This document shows, in pieces, positions 53,171 through 62,004 of a stretch of DNA of 64,000 nt; the first letter of the stretch is position 1; every line of letters begins with the position of its first letter. This DNA is from a virus (lineage: Duplodnaviria; Caudoviricetes). Made by a program: the position numbers and the translations under genes. Where the stretch lies: IMG/VR virus record IMGVR_UViG_3300050011_000061, positions 7,921 to 71,920 of that record; one strand, 5' to 3'. The notes under the pieces were generated by a model that worked only from the letters and a program-made list of their open reading frames with translations, did no database searches and had not been told where the DNA came from.

Positions 53171-53881
53171 CTACCCAATCTTCCAGTAAGTGCCGTCACA
53201 GACCACAGGTACGGCGTTCACGCCGCCGCCAACTGCGATTGCCAAAAAGGTGGTTGAGTTTGCATCCGTGACAAACGCCCGCACCCCCGCCAAACCCGAA
53301 GCCGCAGGCAACGTGGCAACAGTAAAGACGTTGTTGCCAACAAGCCCGCATTGCGCTTCTACGACCTGAACATTCCATGGGATTGCCGCAGAAAACGTAA
53401 TCACCGCCCCCGCAAGTGACCAGGTATCGTGCGACTGAACTATGCCATCGAACGCTATGAGAAGGGACGCTGCTGAATCTGGGGTCGTTGAAAGTGTGAG
53501 GCTAGTAGTAGTGCCGGGTGTGAAATCACCTGGGGAGACAAAGTCTTGAGCGTAAGCAATTCCGCTACCTCCGCCACCGCCTCCGGAAAACTGCGCACTG
53601 CTGCAATTGACTGTGGTGTTTATCGAAGCGTTGATTGGCGAAGACCCGAGGCTGGAACGCTGCACCGTCCGCGTGAAAGTCTTAGTCGCGACTGTGTAGA
53701 CGCCAATGCCTCGTTCCCACGCCGCGCCATCGGCCAAGAAATATCGGATAATCTGTCCATCGACGACGCCAGCACTCTCCAGTGTTGGAAACGGCGGAAT
53801 GGCAACGCCGACCGTCACAGGTCCAGTGCCGGGGGCCGAAGCTACTGTCATTTGCGCTAATTGAGATAAGAGGGCGTACAT
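53171..53881 (-). CDS. Virion structural/fibre-like protein
   Basis: WERGIG.YT...TRTV; DG..Q...W...G..ITF; C-terminal TVATLP.A...G.RAFVTD...V.CDGT.W. Confidence 0.7.
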   Translation of the reverse strand: MYALLSQLAQMTVASAPGTGPVTVGVAIPPFPTLESAGVVDGQIIRYFLADGAAWERGIGVYTVATKTFTRTVQRSSLGSSPINASINTTVNCSSAQFSGGGGGGSGIAYAQDFVSPGDFTPGTTTSLTLSTTPDSAASLLIAFDGIVQSHDTWSLAGAVITFSAAIPWNVQVVEAQCGLVGNNVFTVATLPAASGLAGVRAFVTDANSTTFLAIAVGGGVNAVPVVCDGTYWKIG

Positions 53882-53883
53882 GG

Positions 53884-55320
53884 CTAGGACGTGTTAACCA
53901 CGATATCGAGAGCCGACACTGTCGGTACCTGATTGATCTGTACCGCAACCGAGTTCTGGTTGGCGGTCGCTGTAGCCATCGCCATCGACGGCACGATTTG
54001 CGTAATGCTCACCGTATAGGTGCCGGTGCCGCCGGTCGAACCGGATACCTGCCCGACAATCTGGGTACCGATAGCCACGCTGCTGCCGCCAGCGCTGCCG
54101 GATAAGAATTGATTATTGGCGATGGTCGCTGCGGTGCAACTGGTCACCGTCAGCGTAAGACCGCTGATACTGCCGACGATGGAAGCAGCCGGCGTGTTGG
54201 CCGAACCGATGTCAATGGCAACGATCTGCGCCCACGGGCCTAATGCTGCCACCGAAGCGTAGAACCTGGAGGCGTAGATGATCGAACCGATGCGAGCGCG
54301 CTGGCCGCCGTCCTCGCCAGCGAAGGCGGCGATGATGGCACTTTGTATTTGAGTCGCCGCATTTGACGGCACCAGCACGCCGTTGACGATGTTTACTGAG
54401 AATAAGACGTCGAGCGGGTCTGGCGTCTCAAACGATACTGGGTAGGCTGGGTATGGTGGGTCGTAGCCGGATTGGTTGTCGTATACCGTGACCGTGGTGT
54501 TGCCGTTGTAACCACAGCCGGGGGCCTTCTTCTGCCACAGCGCTTGCGCTATATCGGCCGCCAACCCACCGGCCGCCGACACGTAGATCGAACGAGCTGC
54601 GATAGTGACGCCGGTAACGATGATAGGGGAGCCTGTGGCGTTCTCCGTCACGTAGGCGTCAACTACGTTTGGCACCGACAGTACCGCACCCAACACCGAC
54701 GGCAGGAAACCTAGTGAGTTGTGCGCCACCGACTGGAAGCGGCGATTCTCGAAGTCGGCGCGGTTCTCCACGTCGTTGCCGATGACGCCATCCGAGGCGT
54801 TGGTGATGGAATCCCAACCCAGCACGGTTTGGTAGATGGTCGTCAGACTGTTTGCGGGACAAGAGATACTGCCCTGCACGTTGCAGGCAAACGATATATC
54901 GACCGTACCATTGACGCCAATAATGCCGTCGGCGGTACTAGTGTAGGTATTGCCGTCAGCGGCTTGCGCCAGCGAACCTACTGGGATCAGCGTTCCCGTC
55001 AACCCTGAGCAAGTTGCCAGCACCACAGTGGACGACGAAGGTATTCGCTCAATGAAGTAGATGCGAGCGATGCCGTCCTGGTAGCGGCCGGTGGCGTAGG
55101 CCGGATCAACAGAATTGGCCATCATCGCGAAAGTGTCCATAGCGTTGCCAGTAACGGCAGCCATCGACGAAGCCAGCTGACCCTGCGGCGTATTGAGTGC
55201 TGTATTCAGATTGCCACCGAAAGCAGCGTTGATGTCGGCCTGAAAGCCGGCGAGTATCTGCGACTCTAGAGGGGCAATGAACCCTCGTGGGCCGAAGGTC
55301 GGTGGCGGCACGTTCGTCAT
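53884..55320 (-). CDS. Baseplate J-like wedge protein
   Basis: TPQGQLASS, DP..A.GR.QD.I.RIY...R, G.D.E.R..FE.RR. Confidence 0.9.
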   Translation of the reverse strand: MTNVPPPTFGPRGFIAPLESQILAGFQADINAAFGGNLNTALNTPQGQLASSMAAVTGNAMDTFAMMANSVDPAYATGRYQDGIARIYFIERIPSSSTVVLATCSGLTGTLIPVGSLAQAADGNTYTSTADGIIGVNGTVDISFACNVQGSISCPANSLTTIYQTVLGWDSITNASDGVIGNDVENRADFENRRFQSVAHNSLGFLPSVLGAVLSVPNVVDAYVTENATGSPIIVTGVTIAARSIYVSAAGGLAADIAQALWQKKAPGCGYNGNTTVTVYDNQSGYDPPYPAYPVSFETPDPLDVLFSVNIVNGVLVPSNAATQIQSAIIAAFAGEDGGQRARIGSIIYASRFYASVAALGPWAQIVAIDIGSANTPAASIVGSISGLTLTVTSCTAATIANNQFLSGSAGGSSVAIGTQIVGQVSGSTGGTGTYTVSITQIVPSMAMATATANQNSVAVQINQVPTVSALDIVVNTS

Positions 55321-55321
55321 G

Positions 55322-55672
55322 CTAGAAGCCTGCCGCTGAGATTTGGCCAGCCGAGTTTGTTATTTGCACCTGACCTGTGACCTTTCGATTAACGAACGAA
55401 TTTATATAGCAGACCGCCGTGGTAGTGCCTGGAACAAGGAGCGCCATTGTCATGAAGTAGGACTTCATCAGCGCCAGCGACGGCGTGAATCCCAGTACGC
55501 TACTCCAGTATGGGATGCCAAGATTGATGTTGTAATAGCACTCGCCCTGGAAGGTCTTGATGGCGCTGGCCGCGTCCTGCGCCTGCGAGTACGGTTCGCT
55601 GGCCATGGCGATGTTCCTGTCGGAATCTATCGTCAGATCCCAACCGGCGGTATCGAGGAGAAAGGTTTGCAT
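55322..55672 (-). CDS. Baseplate wedge subunit (gp25/W-like)
   Basis: WDL..D...NIA...AQD.A.AI..F.GE..Y....GIPY. Confidence 0.8.
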   Translation of the reverse strand: MQTFLLDTAGWDLTIDSDRNIAMASEPYSQAQDAASAIKTFQGECYYNINLGIPYWSSVLGFTPSLALMKSYFMTMALLVPGTTTAVCYINSFVNRKVTGQVQITNSAGQISAAGF

Positions 55673-56379
55673 TACTTCATAAACACTTTTGTTGCCGCCG
55701 CTTCCTGCGTTAGCGCATCGCCATCAGTATCAACGGTACCAACCATGCCAGCTTTCAAGCTGGCATCCGGACCGCCGAGGTAAGAAGTCCCGTTGACAAT
55801 AAACTGAGTGGCCGTGAGCGTCGCTTTATTCTTTTCGAGAAGAAACGAAGTGGTGCCCTCGTCTGGACTCATGTTTATGCTGCCGTCATCCTTAAATTGA
55901 ATATAACTCTTCGGCTTACCGCCGAGGAAGCAGCCAAAGAACATACCGTCAGCCATGTCGTGCTGGCGAAACGATCCCGGCGGGGCCTGGGCGTCGCTTA
56001 CTTTCTTCGTGCCGTCCCATCCAGAGTTGTTCTTGACGGCAGTACTTATATCCCTGTCCGCAAACACGGCCACACCGATATCGCCGACCTTCGGATCAAG
56101 GATAACCGCCTTGTCAGCACCGCCCTGCATACGGAAGTATGGCAGGTTGTGCATCTCACTGTGCGGATGCACGTTGCCTAGAGCGTCCTGCATTTTCACC
56201 AGTGGCGAGACGCTAACGGTGCCGACCGGGGCAACCTGTCCGGTCGTCGACACCTTGGTCACTTGAACGAGCGTTGCCTTTGCCGTGCGATTCAGCCCGC
56301 GGTCTTGCAGAAACTGATGCGTATTGAAGTCGGCAGCCGGCGACTCCATGAACTCGGTACTGGGATGTTCGTCGGCCAT
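55672..56379 (-). CDS. Baseplate central spike (Gp138-like OB domain)
   Basis: V.PL, LPYFR.QGG....I.DP.VGDIG...FADRDIS, R.HD..DG. Confidence 0.85.
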   Translation of the reverse strand: MADEHPSTEFMESPAADFNTHQFLQDRGLNRTAKATLVQVTKVSTTGQVAPVGTVSVSPLVKMQDALGNVHPHSEMHNLPYFRMQGGADKAVILDPKVGDIGVAVFADRDISTAVKNNSGWDGTKKVSDAQAPPGSFRQHDMADGMFFGCFLGGKPKSYIQFKDDGSINMSPDEGTTSFLLEKNKATLTATQFIVNGTSYLGGPDASLKAGMVGTVDTDGDALTQEAAATKVFMK

Positions 56380-56380
56380 G

Positions 56381-57226
56381 TCAGTTACCTATCGGCGTGC
56401 CATACAATAGGGCAAACCAACGACCGTTCGGCATCTGGGAGTCGAGTTCGAGGTCTATCTTCGTCACCTTCCACAATCCGTTGGCCTGCGTAATATCGCT
56501 CTGAACCGTGAACTGGGAGGCGTAAGCTATGGCCTTGTTGAACAGCGTTCGCACCACTATGCCACCAGGCACCGCCATGGGGTAGCCCACCATGCCAGTC
56601 TGCGGCGATATCACCGTCTGGCCGGCTGACGTTCGGCTGCCCTGCTGCGGCCAGATGGCACACACACCATTCTCCAGTATCCAGCCGATGCGCGTCGCCC
56701 TGGCAAGCTGCTGCATCTGGGTGTAAGGCGGCCCCCACATGTACGGGTTGGAGATCATCGACGTGACGCCGTTATTCTCCGGCTTGGCCTCTAACTTCTG
56801 CGCTATGGCAGCATGAACGTCAGAGACCTTAGTAGGCCCGGAGAAACTGGTCGGGTCCTTCGGGTTGACCTTCTCCCAGCCGCCTACATTAGCGTCAACG
56901 CGGAACGACACTTCCGGCATGCTCTGCATGTCAGGCCAAGCCTGCATGATAGTGCCGTTAAACACGACAGACATACCGTTCTGGGCATCACCAGCTTGGA
57001 TCTGCACCAAGTTCTTACCGCGCGTTAGCGGTCGCCATGGCACCGTCGTCAGGGCGTTCATGTGCGAAAGTGTCATGCCGAATATGTTGGCAGTGGCCGT
57101 GATCCAGTGTGCTCCTGCCACGGTAATATTGGTTATGACTCTTAGACCGGACAACGTAACGCCACCACCACCGGCACCACCACCCATGGCGAACGTCACG
57201 GTGATGACGCGTTCGACGAAGGCCAT
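56381..57226 (-). CDS. Baseplate hub protein
   Basis: AGD.....VF.G.I, ISP.TGM.GYP, NG.W........L....P.G.W. Confidence 0.8.
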   Translation of the reverse strand: MAFVERVITVTFAMGGGAGGGGVTLSGLRVITNITVAGAHWITATANIFGMTLSHMNALTTVPWRPLTRGKNLVQIQAGDAQNGMSVVFNGTIMQAWPDMQSMPEVSFRVDANVGGWEKVNPKDPTSFSGPTKVSDVHAAIAQKLEAKPENNGVTSMISNPYMWGPPYTQMQQLARATRIGWILENGVCAIWPQQGSRTSAGQTVISPQTGMVGYPMAVPGGIVVRTLFNKAIAYASQFTVQSDITQANGLWKVTKIDLELDSQMPNGRWFALLYGTPIGN

Positions 57227-57235
57227 GCTTGATAG

Positions 57236-57853
57236 CTACTGCTGCACGTAGGTCATATTACCGGCAACATAGACGGACGAACCGAGCGCCATACAGACTT
57301 CGCCTCCGACGCCAGTGACAGCTACGGTTCCCAACCCGTTGCCGTAGGTCAAATTGCTATTTGCAAGAGTCATCGAGTGGCCAACTGTCGTTCCGCCAAT
57401 TAGTCCAGCAGTGCCGGTGCCGCAATTGGTGCCAGTACCAGTGTTGAAAGTGATAGTTGTTCCATTAGATACAATCAAAACCGAACAGATATAAATTTGA
57501 GTAGAACCAGATGCGGCGATAAGTTGCGTGAGGGCCGTTGTGTTGCTATCGATAGATAGGTTTGTCTTGGCCGCTGACATGCAGGGGTCAGATGAAGCAA
57601 CGACACTGAGTTGGTGCGAGCTATTAACCGTCGCGCAATTCGCTGCCGACGAATAGTCGCATATCACGTTCATAGCGACGTAGTTTCCAGACCCGTCCGT
57701 CACTACGGCATACGTGCGCGCTACACCGTTCCCGTCCTTGACCGTGATGGTGCCACTCGCGGCAATGGCAGCACTGACAGCCGCCAATGTTAACAATATG
57801 GCTATAGTGCCTTTCCAGTACCTAATCATGAAGTCAAATCCTCTGCGTGTCAT
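57236..57853 (-). CDS. Secreted Cys-paired beta-rich protein inserted in the baseplate module
   Basis: ...YWKGTIAILLTLAAVSAAIA-A; six Cys; T/G-rich. Confidence 0.7.
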   Translation of the reverse strand: MTRRGFDFMIRYWKGTIAILLTLAAVSAAIAASGTITVKDGNGVARTYAVVTDGSGNYVAMNVICDYSSAANCATVNSSHQLSVVASSDPCMSAAKTNLSIDSNTTALTQLIAASGSTQIYICSVLIVSNGTTITFNTGTGTNCGTGTAGLIGGTTVGHSMTLANSNLTYGNGLGTVAVTGVGGEVCMALGSSVYVAGNMTYVQQ

Positions 57854-58293
57854 GGGAACATCCCAATATATTGGCTGTTTGCCGGATCAGAGAAGTCTAA
57901 CGATGGGGTGGCGATTGGGGGAACAGGCACGATAGAGGAAGGAATAAATGGCGGAAGAGCTGATGCGCTGGCCACGTAGGCCTTCTGCGCAATGGCGACC
58001 TCTGCCGGGGTAAGATAGACCAGCACAAAGCGAGAGCCGAGGCCGACGTAATTTGGATCGTCATTACCCTGAGTGTCGATGAAGCCAATGTCGCCCAAGA
58101 ACCCAAGGTAAGTGTCCCTGACGATGAAATTGCGGTCTTCAGCAAGCACACCGCCGATGATGAGACCAGTGTCGACGTACAGGTCTACGAACACACCATA
58201 GAACTTCTGATAGATGTTGATATGACAGGTCTGCTGGTTTAGAACCGTCGTCAAGGTCTGCGCGTAGTTTGCCGTGATGGGAATAGTCAGCAT
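57850..58293 (-). CDS. Baseplate plug-like protein
   Basis: IP......Q.....L..Q.C.I...Q, YLGF.GD..F.D.QG..DP.Y.GLG.RF.L.Y. Confidence 0.75.
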   Translation of the reverse strand: MLTIPITANYAQTLTTVLNQQTCHINIYQKFYGVFVDLYVDTGLIIGGVLAEDRNFIVRDTYLGFLGDIGFIDTQGNDDPNYVGLGSRFVLVYLTPAEVAIAQKAYVASASALPPFIPSSIVPVPPIATPSLDFSDPANSQYIGMFP

Positions 58294-59057
58294 TAGGAGC
58301 CAGCTCCGCCTGGGAAGCTGCCATAAAAGTCTTCTGCAGTACCAGCGCTCGGCACGGCAGGGGTGACTCCGTTGTTGTTCAAATTGGCACCAGATGGGTC
58401 CAGCGGGGCTACGACGTCAGTTGCCGCCGGTGGCGTGACCCCGTCGGTAGCTACTCCGCTGCTCGAACTGTTTGCGCTGCTCGTCCCAGCTGTGGTGGAC
58501 GAATCCTCGCTGACAGTGACGCGGACCTCCTCCAACCACATTTCCACCGTAATGATGCCGAGACCATTGGTGGCCGTTCTACGATATTCGTAGTGTTTGA
58601 CGTTCACCGACTGGTAGACAACTTCCGGCGTAACCACGTCGTAGAACTGAAGCGTTCCGGCTATAGCCGCTACCGATGCCAATAATTCGGCACGATTTGA
58701 CTCAGTACCTCCGGCGGCAAACTTAACGCGAGCCTCGAACGGCGTGTAAACCTTATTGTAGCTCTCAAAGCCGCCCCGCTCGACCGGATAATCAGATATG
58801 TTCCAGGTCTGACGGTAGTCGATCTCCAAGAAGGAGTCGAACACCACCACAGGACTGCCACCTTGATAGACGCCCCATTGCGGTCCCACACCAAAACTAA
58901 GAGCGTCAACTACATCGCCAGTCATCAGCGTCGGAAACAATATCGATACGCCGCCGAACAGTACGGGAACGCCGGGAATACTTTGCGTTGCTGCTGCTCC
59001 GCCCTCAGCAAGGCTGCCGGTGACGTTGATTTCCGGTAGCTGAATCTGATCAGCCAT
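58293..59057 (-). CDS. Dit-like baseplate/tube initiator protein
   Basis: WG.Y, ISDYPVE.G.F.SYNKV..P, VVTPE..Y; follows the tape measure gene. Confidence 0.8.
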   Translation of the reverse strand: MADQIQLPEINVTGSLAEGGAAATQSIPGVPVLFGGVSILFPTLMTGDVVDALSFGVGPQWGVYQGGSPVVVFDSFLEIDYRQTWNISDYPVERGGFESYNKVYTPFEARVKFAAGGTESNRAELLASVAAIAGTLQFYDVVTPEVVYQSVNVKHYEYRRTATNGLGIITVEMWLEEVRVTVSEDSSTTAGTSSANSSSSGVATDGVTPPAATDVVAPLDPSGANLNNNGVTPAVPSAGTAEDFYGSFPGGAGS

Positions 59058-60915
59058 AGCCAGTATCTGCTGCAACTGCCGAGAAGCGGTTTGCTATGAA
59101 CGGCTGAATATTGTCCGCCACGTCTTTCATGTCACGTACGCCGTGGAAGTTCATGTTGCCGATGCTCAACGACGATTGCTTGTTGTTGGTGGTGGACGAC
59201 GATGACGGCGACAAGAAACTTGGCATGTGCCGGCCTAGCCAATGGCCCCAGCCCTCCTCGGCGGGGGCAGCGGGAACGACGGCGTTGCTACCGGTAGCGG
59301 GAGCAGCCTGAGCAGGAGCGACTGGGGCGAGATTATTCTTCGGGGCGTGTTCGTAAGCGAACCACTCGTATTTGCCGCCCATATAGTCGTCGGGAACGTG
59401 GCCACCGCCTAAGACATTGTAGGGGTCATGATTCTTGTTGACTGGATACCAATAACCAGCCATGCGTTTTCGTTGAATGTCATGCATAGCAACCATGTTG
59501 CCAGGCTCATTCGAAGAATTGCCCGTAGCACCTTCGGATAAATTCGACGTCTTCAGTTTGGGCCAAACATTCGTATAAAACCATTGCCTCTCTTTCTCAT
59601 TCATAGTGCCAATGCCGGGATAATAACCGCCGTAAAGAGTACTTAAAATTGATTGCTTTTTAACCATTGCTCTGTTCAGAGCAGTTTCGCCCTGCATGAT
59701 AGCAGCGTCTTCGTGGCCAGGACCTAGACCAACTTCAGATTTAATCATACCTCCGAGAGCTTCGGCGAAAGCTGGATCATTTATACCCGGTAATTTTGAG
59801 CGATCTACAACACTACCATTACCAGTGCTGGGAATTGCTCCACCACCAGCCGGAGCTACCGCGTTGCTGCCGCCTTTTGGCGCCGCGGCGAGGTTCGGGT
59901 CTGGAGGACTGCTAACCGCAAGGCCCGCGCCACCCAATAATCCGACGCCCGCGCCGATACGCGCACCGATGCCGGCACCTATGGCCATGCCGCCTGGGAC
60001 GGGGCTGAAGAATCCAATGATACCGCCGATGGCCGCGCCTAAAGACGTCCCGATCAGCAGGCCGCCAATCTCTTCGAGAAGGTGTTTGAACGCCTCCATA
60101 TGGTCGTTAACGCCGCCCATAGTCTTCACGAGCCAACCCAGCGGTCCATCGAGGTCCTTAGCAATAGAGTTACCGAGCTTAGTGAGGATCGGGACGAACT
60201 CGTTCCAGGCACTCAGCAGCCTCGTGGAAGATTCGATCTGGGCGTTCGTTGTTGCATGGAGCTTCTCGGCGTCCTCAAAGAATTCCTTGAGCTTCTTGTC
60301 CGACCGATCGATCATATAGATTAGGTCGCCGTTCAATCCAATGGCGGCCAGGTTAGCATTGACCTCGTCGAGCGGCCGGCCGCCGGCAATTTGCTTCTGC
60401 GCCGCTGACGCGATACCGCGCAGCATAGTAGTGGGGTCGTTCGACCACACCACATTCGGGTTGACACCGAGCCTTGCCAACGGGTCGAAGAGTGCAGAAT
60501 CCTGCCCCTGCTTGGCAGCACCAGCCCGCATGTTCAGCGTATTGAGGGCGGACGTCATCGATTGCGGATTGATATTAGCCCGCCGCGCGGCCTCCGTATA
60601 TTGAGCGATCTTATCCGGCATCAGGCCGAGCGTCGTCGCCAACTGGCCGACCGCAACATTGGTGGCGTTAGTTTGCTGGATGAAGCTACTGATGCCGGTA
60701 ACGGTCAAGTAGCCGGCAGTCATCTCACCGATGGCCCTGGTGACCTTGGTGAAGCCGTCCTCTACGGTCTTGACTGACTTGACCGCATCTTTACTATGCT
60801 TATCAATGCCCTCGACAAGCTTCTTATACTCAGCAACCGTGACGTGGCCGCCCTCGACAAACTTCGTCGGGTCGAGGCCAAGTTCGACGATGAGCTGATC
60901 GATGATAGTTGCCAT
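59050..60915 (-). CDS. Tape measure protein with possible C-terminal muralytic domain
   Basis: MATIID.L.VELGLD start; helical A/G-rich body; position after the chaperones. Confidence 0.85.
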   Translation of the reverse strand: MATIIDQLIVELGLDPTKFVEGGHVTVAEYKKLVEGIDKHSKDAVKSVKTVEDGFTKVTRAIGEMTAGYLTVTGISSFIQQTNATNVAVGQLATTLGLMPDKIAQYTEAARRANINPQSMTSALNTLNMRAGAAKQGQDSALFDPLARLGVNPNVVWSNDPTTMLRGIASAAQKQIAGGRPLDEVNANLAAIGLNGDLIYMIDRSDKKLKEFFEDAEKLHATTNAQIESSTRLLSAWNEFVPILTKLGNSIAKDLDGPLGWLVKTMGGVNDHMEAFKHLLEEIGGLLIGTSLGAAIGGIIGFFSPVPGGMAIGAGIGARIGAGVGLLGGAGLAVSSPPDPNLAAAPKGGSNAVAPAGGGAIPSTGNGSVVDRSKLPGINDPAFAEALGGMIKSEVGLGPGHEDAAIMQGETALNRAMVKKQSILSTLYGGYYPGIGTMNEKERQWFYTNVWPKLKTSNLSEGATGNSSNEPGNMVAMHDIQRKRMAGYWYPVNKNHDPYNVLGGGHVPDDYMGGKYEWFAYEHAPKNNLAPVAPAQAAPATGSNAVVPAAPAEEGWGHWLGRHMPSFLSPSSSSTTNNKQSSLSIGNMNFHGVRDMKDVADNIQPFIANRFSAVAADTGYG

Positions 60916-61154
60916 TATTGCTGCTGCTTTTCGTAAAACTTCCGGTACGCGCGTTTGTTGTGATTATTGGTGGCGATGATCTCGAGGAACACGTAGGCGT
61001 CCTCAACCGAATAGACGGTGTCCAGCTCGTGGAGGGTGGCTAGTTCGCTGGAGATCACGACGGCCAGAACGTTGGGCACGTTCTCGTATTGGGCTAAGTC
61101 GGCTGGTCGATCGCCGGAGTCGGGGTCAAGCTTTGGCGCACTCCGGCGAAAGAA
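60915..61154 (-). CDS. Tail assembly chaperone, -1 frameshift extension (gpT-like)
   Basis: -1 frame open from the slippery site to TAA at 60915-60917; encodes LATLHELDTVYSVEDAY..LEI. Confidence 0.75.
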   Translation of the reverse strand, partial: FFRRSAPKLDPDSGDRPADLAQYENVPNVLAVVISSELATLHELDTVYSVEDAYVFLEIIATNNHNKRAYRKFYEKQQQ

Positions 61155-61534
61155 AAACCCGTGTGAAGTTCAAACACCTCCGAGCGAAGGTGAAGACGGG
61201 TTGATACTTCCTCGATGTCCTCTTCCATCAAAGGCATCGCTGTCTCAGGGTGAGCCTTGTCGCGCACGATACGCACGCACGAAAACATCTCATCCATCAA
61301 CTCGGTTGCTTCGTAGAACGGTATGGTGCCGAGCGCCTTGAGGCCGACAACGGCAATACCAGCCATGCCTGCACCGCTCACGTTCTCCGGCATATCGACG
61401 CCGGCACGCGCCAACGCCTGAAACGCCCGAAACGCCCAGCGCTCAGCCTGCGATGCCGGCATCTCAGTGATCAAGAATAGCTTGCCATTGTCACGGCCTT
61501 CGGCGTCGATAGTGACGTGTTTTGTTTTTCTCAT
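61094..61534 (-). CDS. Tail assembly chaperone (gpG-like)
   Basis: GRD.GK.F.ITEMPA.QAE.WA.RA...DIEEV.T...LR.EV..LH.GF; between tube and tape measure genes. Confidence 0.85.
   Translation of the reverse strand: MRKTKHVTIDAEGRDNGKLFLITEMPASQAERWAFRAFQALARAGVDMPENVSGAGMAGIAVVGLKALGTIPFYEATELMDEMFSCVRIVRDKAHPETAMPLMEEDIEEVSTRLHLRSEVFELHTGFSFAGVRQSLTPTPAIDQPT
61154..61160 (-). other. Programmed -1 frameshift slippery heptamer G GGT TTT
   Basis: X XXY YYZ pattern in the chaperone reading frame. Confidence 0.75.
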
Positions 61535-61557
61535 TTAACCTCCTCCGTTTCTAATTA

Positions 61558-61989
61558 TCAGATTGGCGCCGAGCTGACAGATTGCCACAGCATGCCATAA
61601 CGTCGGGGCCGAAGCGTCTTGGCGGCATCCGGAAACGGCGGAAACGACGTTAAGAAGCCAGTAGTGAGAACCCATTTCTTACTGATGCTTGGCAACAAAA
61701 GAATCCCGCTGGCCTCATAGACCTCGCTGTTAGTTTGCTGAAGTTGGAACCACTGATCAAACAAGTCGTTCGATGTCGAGTCGGCTTGTAGCGCTATGTT
61801 CCAAGTTACTGGAACGTGAACGTAACCGCCGGACAACTTACCATCGAGACCCATAAGGGTTTCAGCGGAGGCCAGCGGCCCAGTAGTATAGATATCATCA
61901 GCAGAAAAGCCCTGCAGTTGAAACGGTGCCGTGAAGATGGTGCTTACGGATAGGGTCAGTACGGCATTGGCGGAAGTGATTGTGGGCAT
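61558..61989 (-). CDS. Tail tube protein
   Basis: TITSANA, LQGFS.DD, MG.DG.LS.G, LQADS.S; follows the sheath gene. Confidence 0.8.
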   Translation of the reverse strand: MPTITSANAVLTLSVSTIFTAPFQLQGFSADDIYTTGPLASAETLMGLDGKLSGGYVHVPVTWNIALQADSTSNDLFDQWFQLQQTNSEVYEASGILLLPSISKKWVLTTGFLTSFPPFPDAAKTLRPRRYGMLWQSVSSAPI

Positions 61990-62004
61990 AGTTTAGGCGC
62001 TCCT

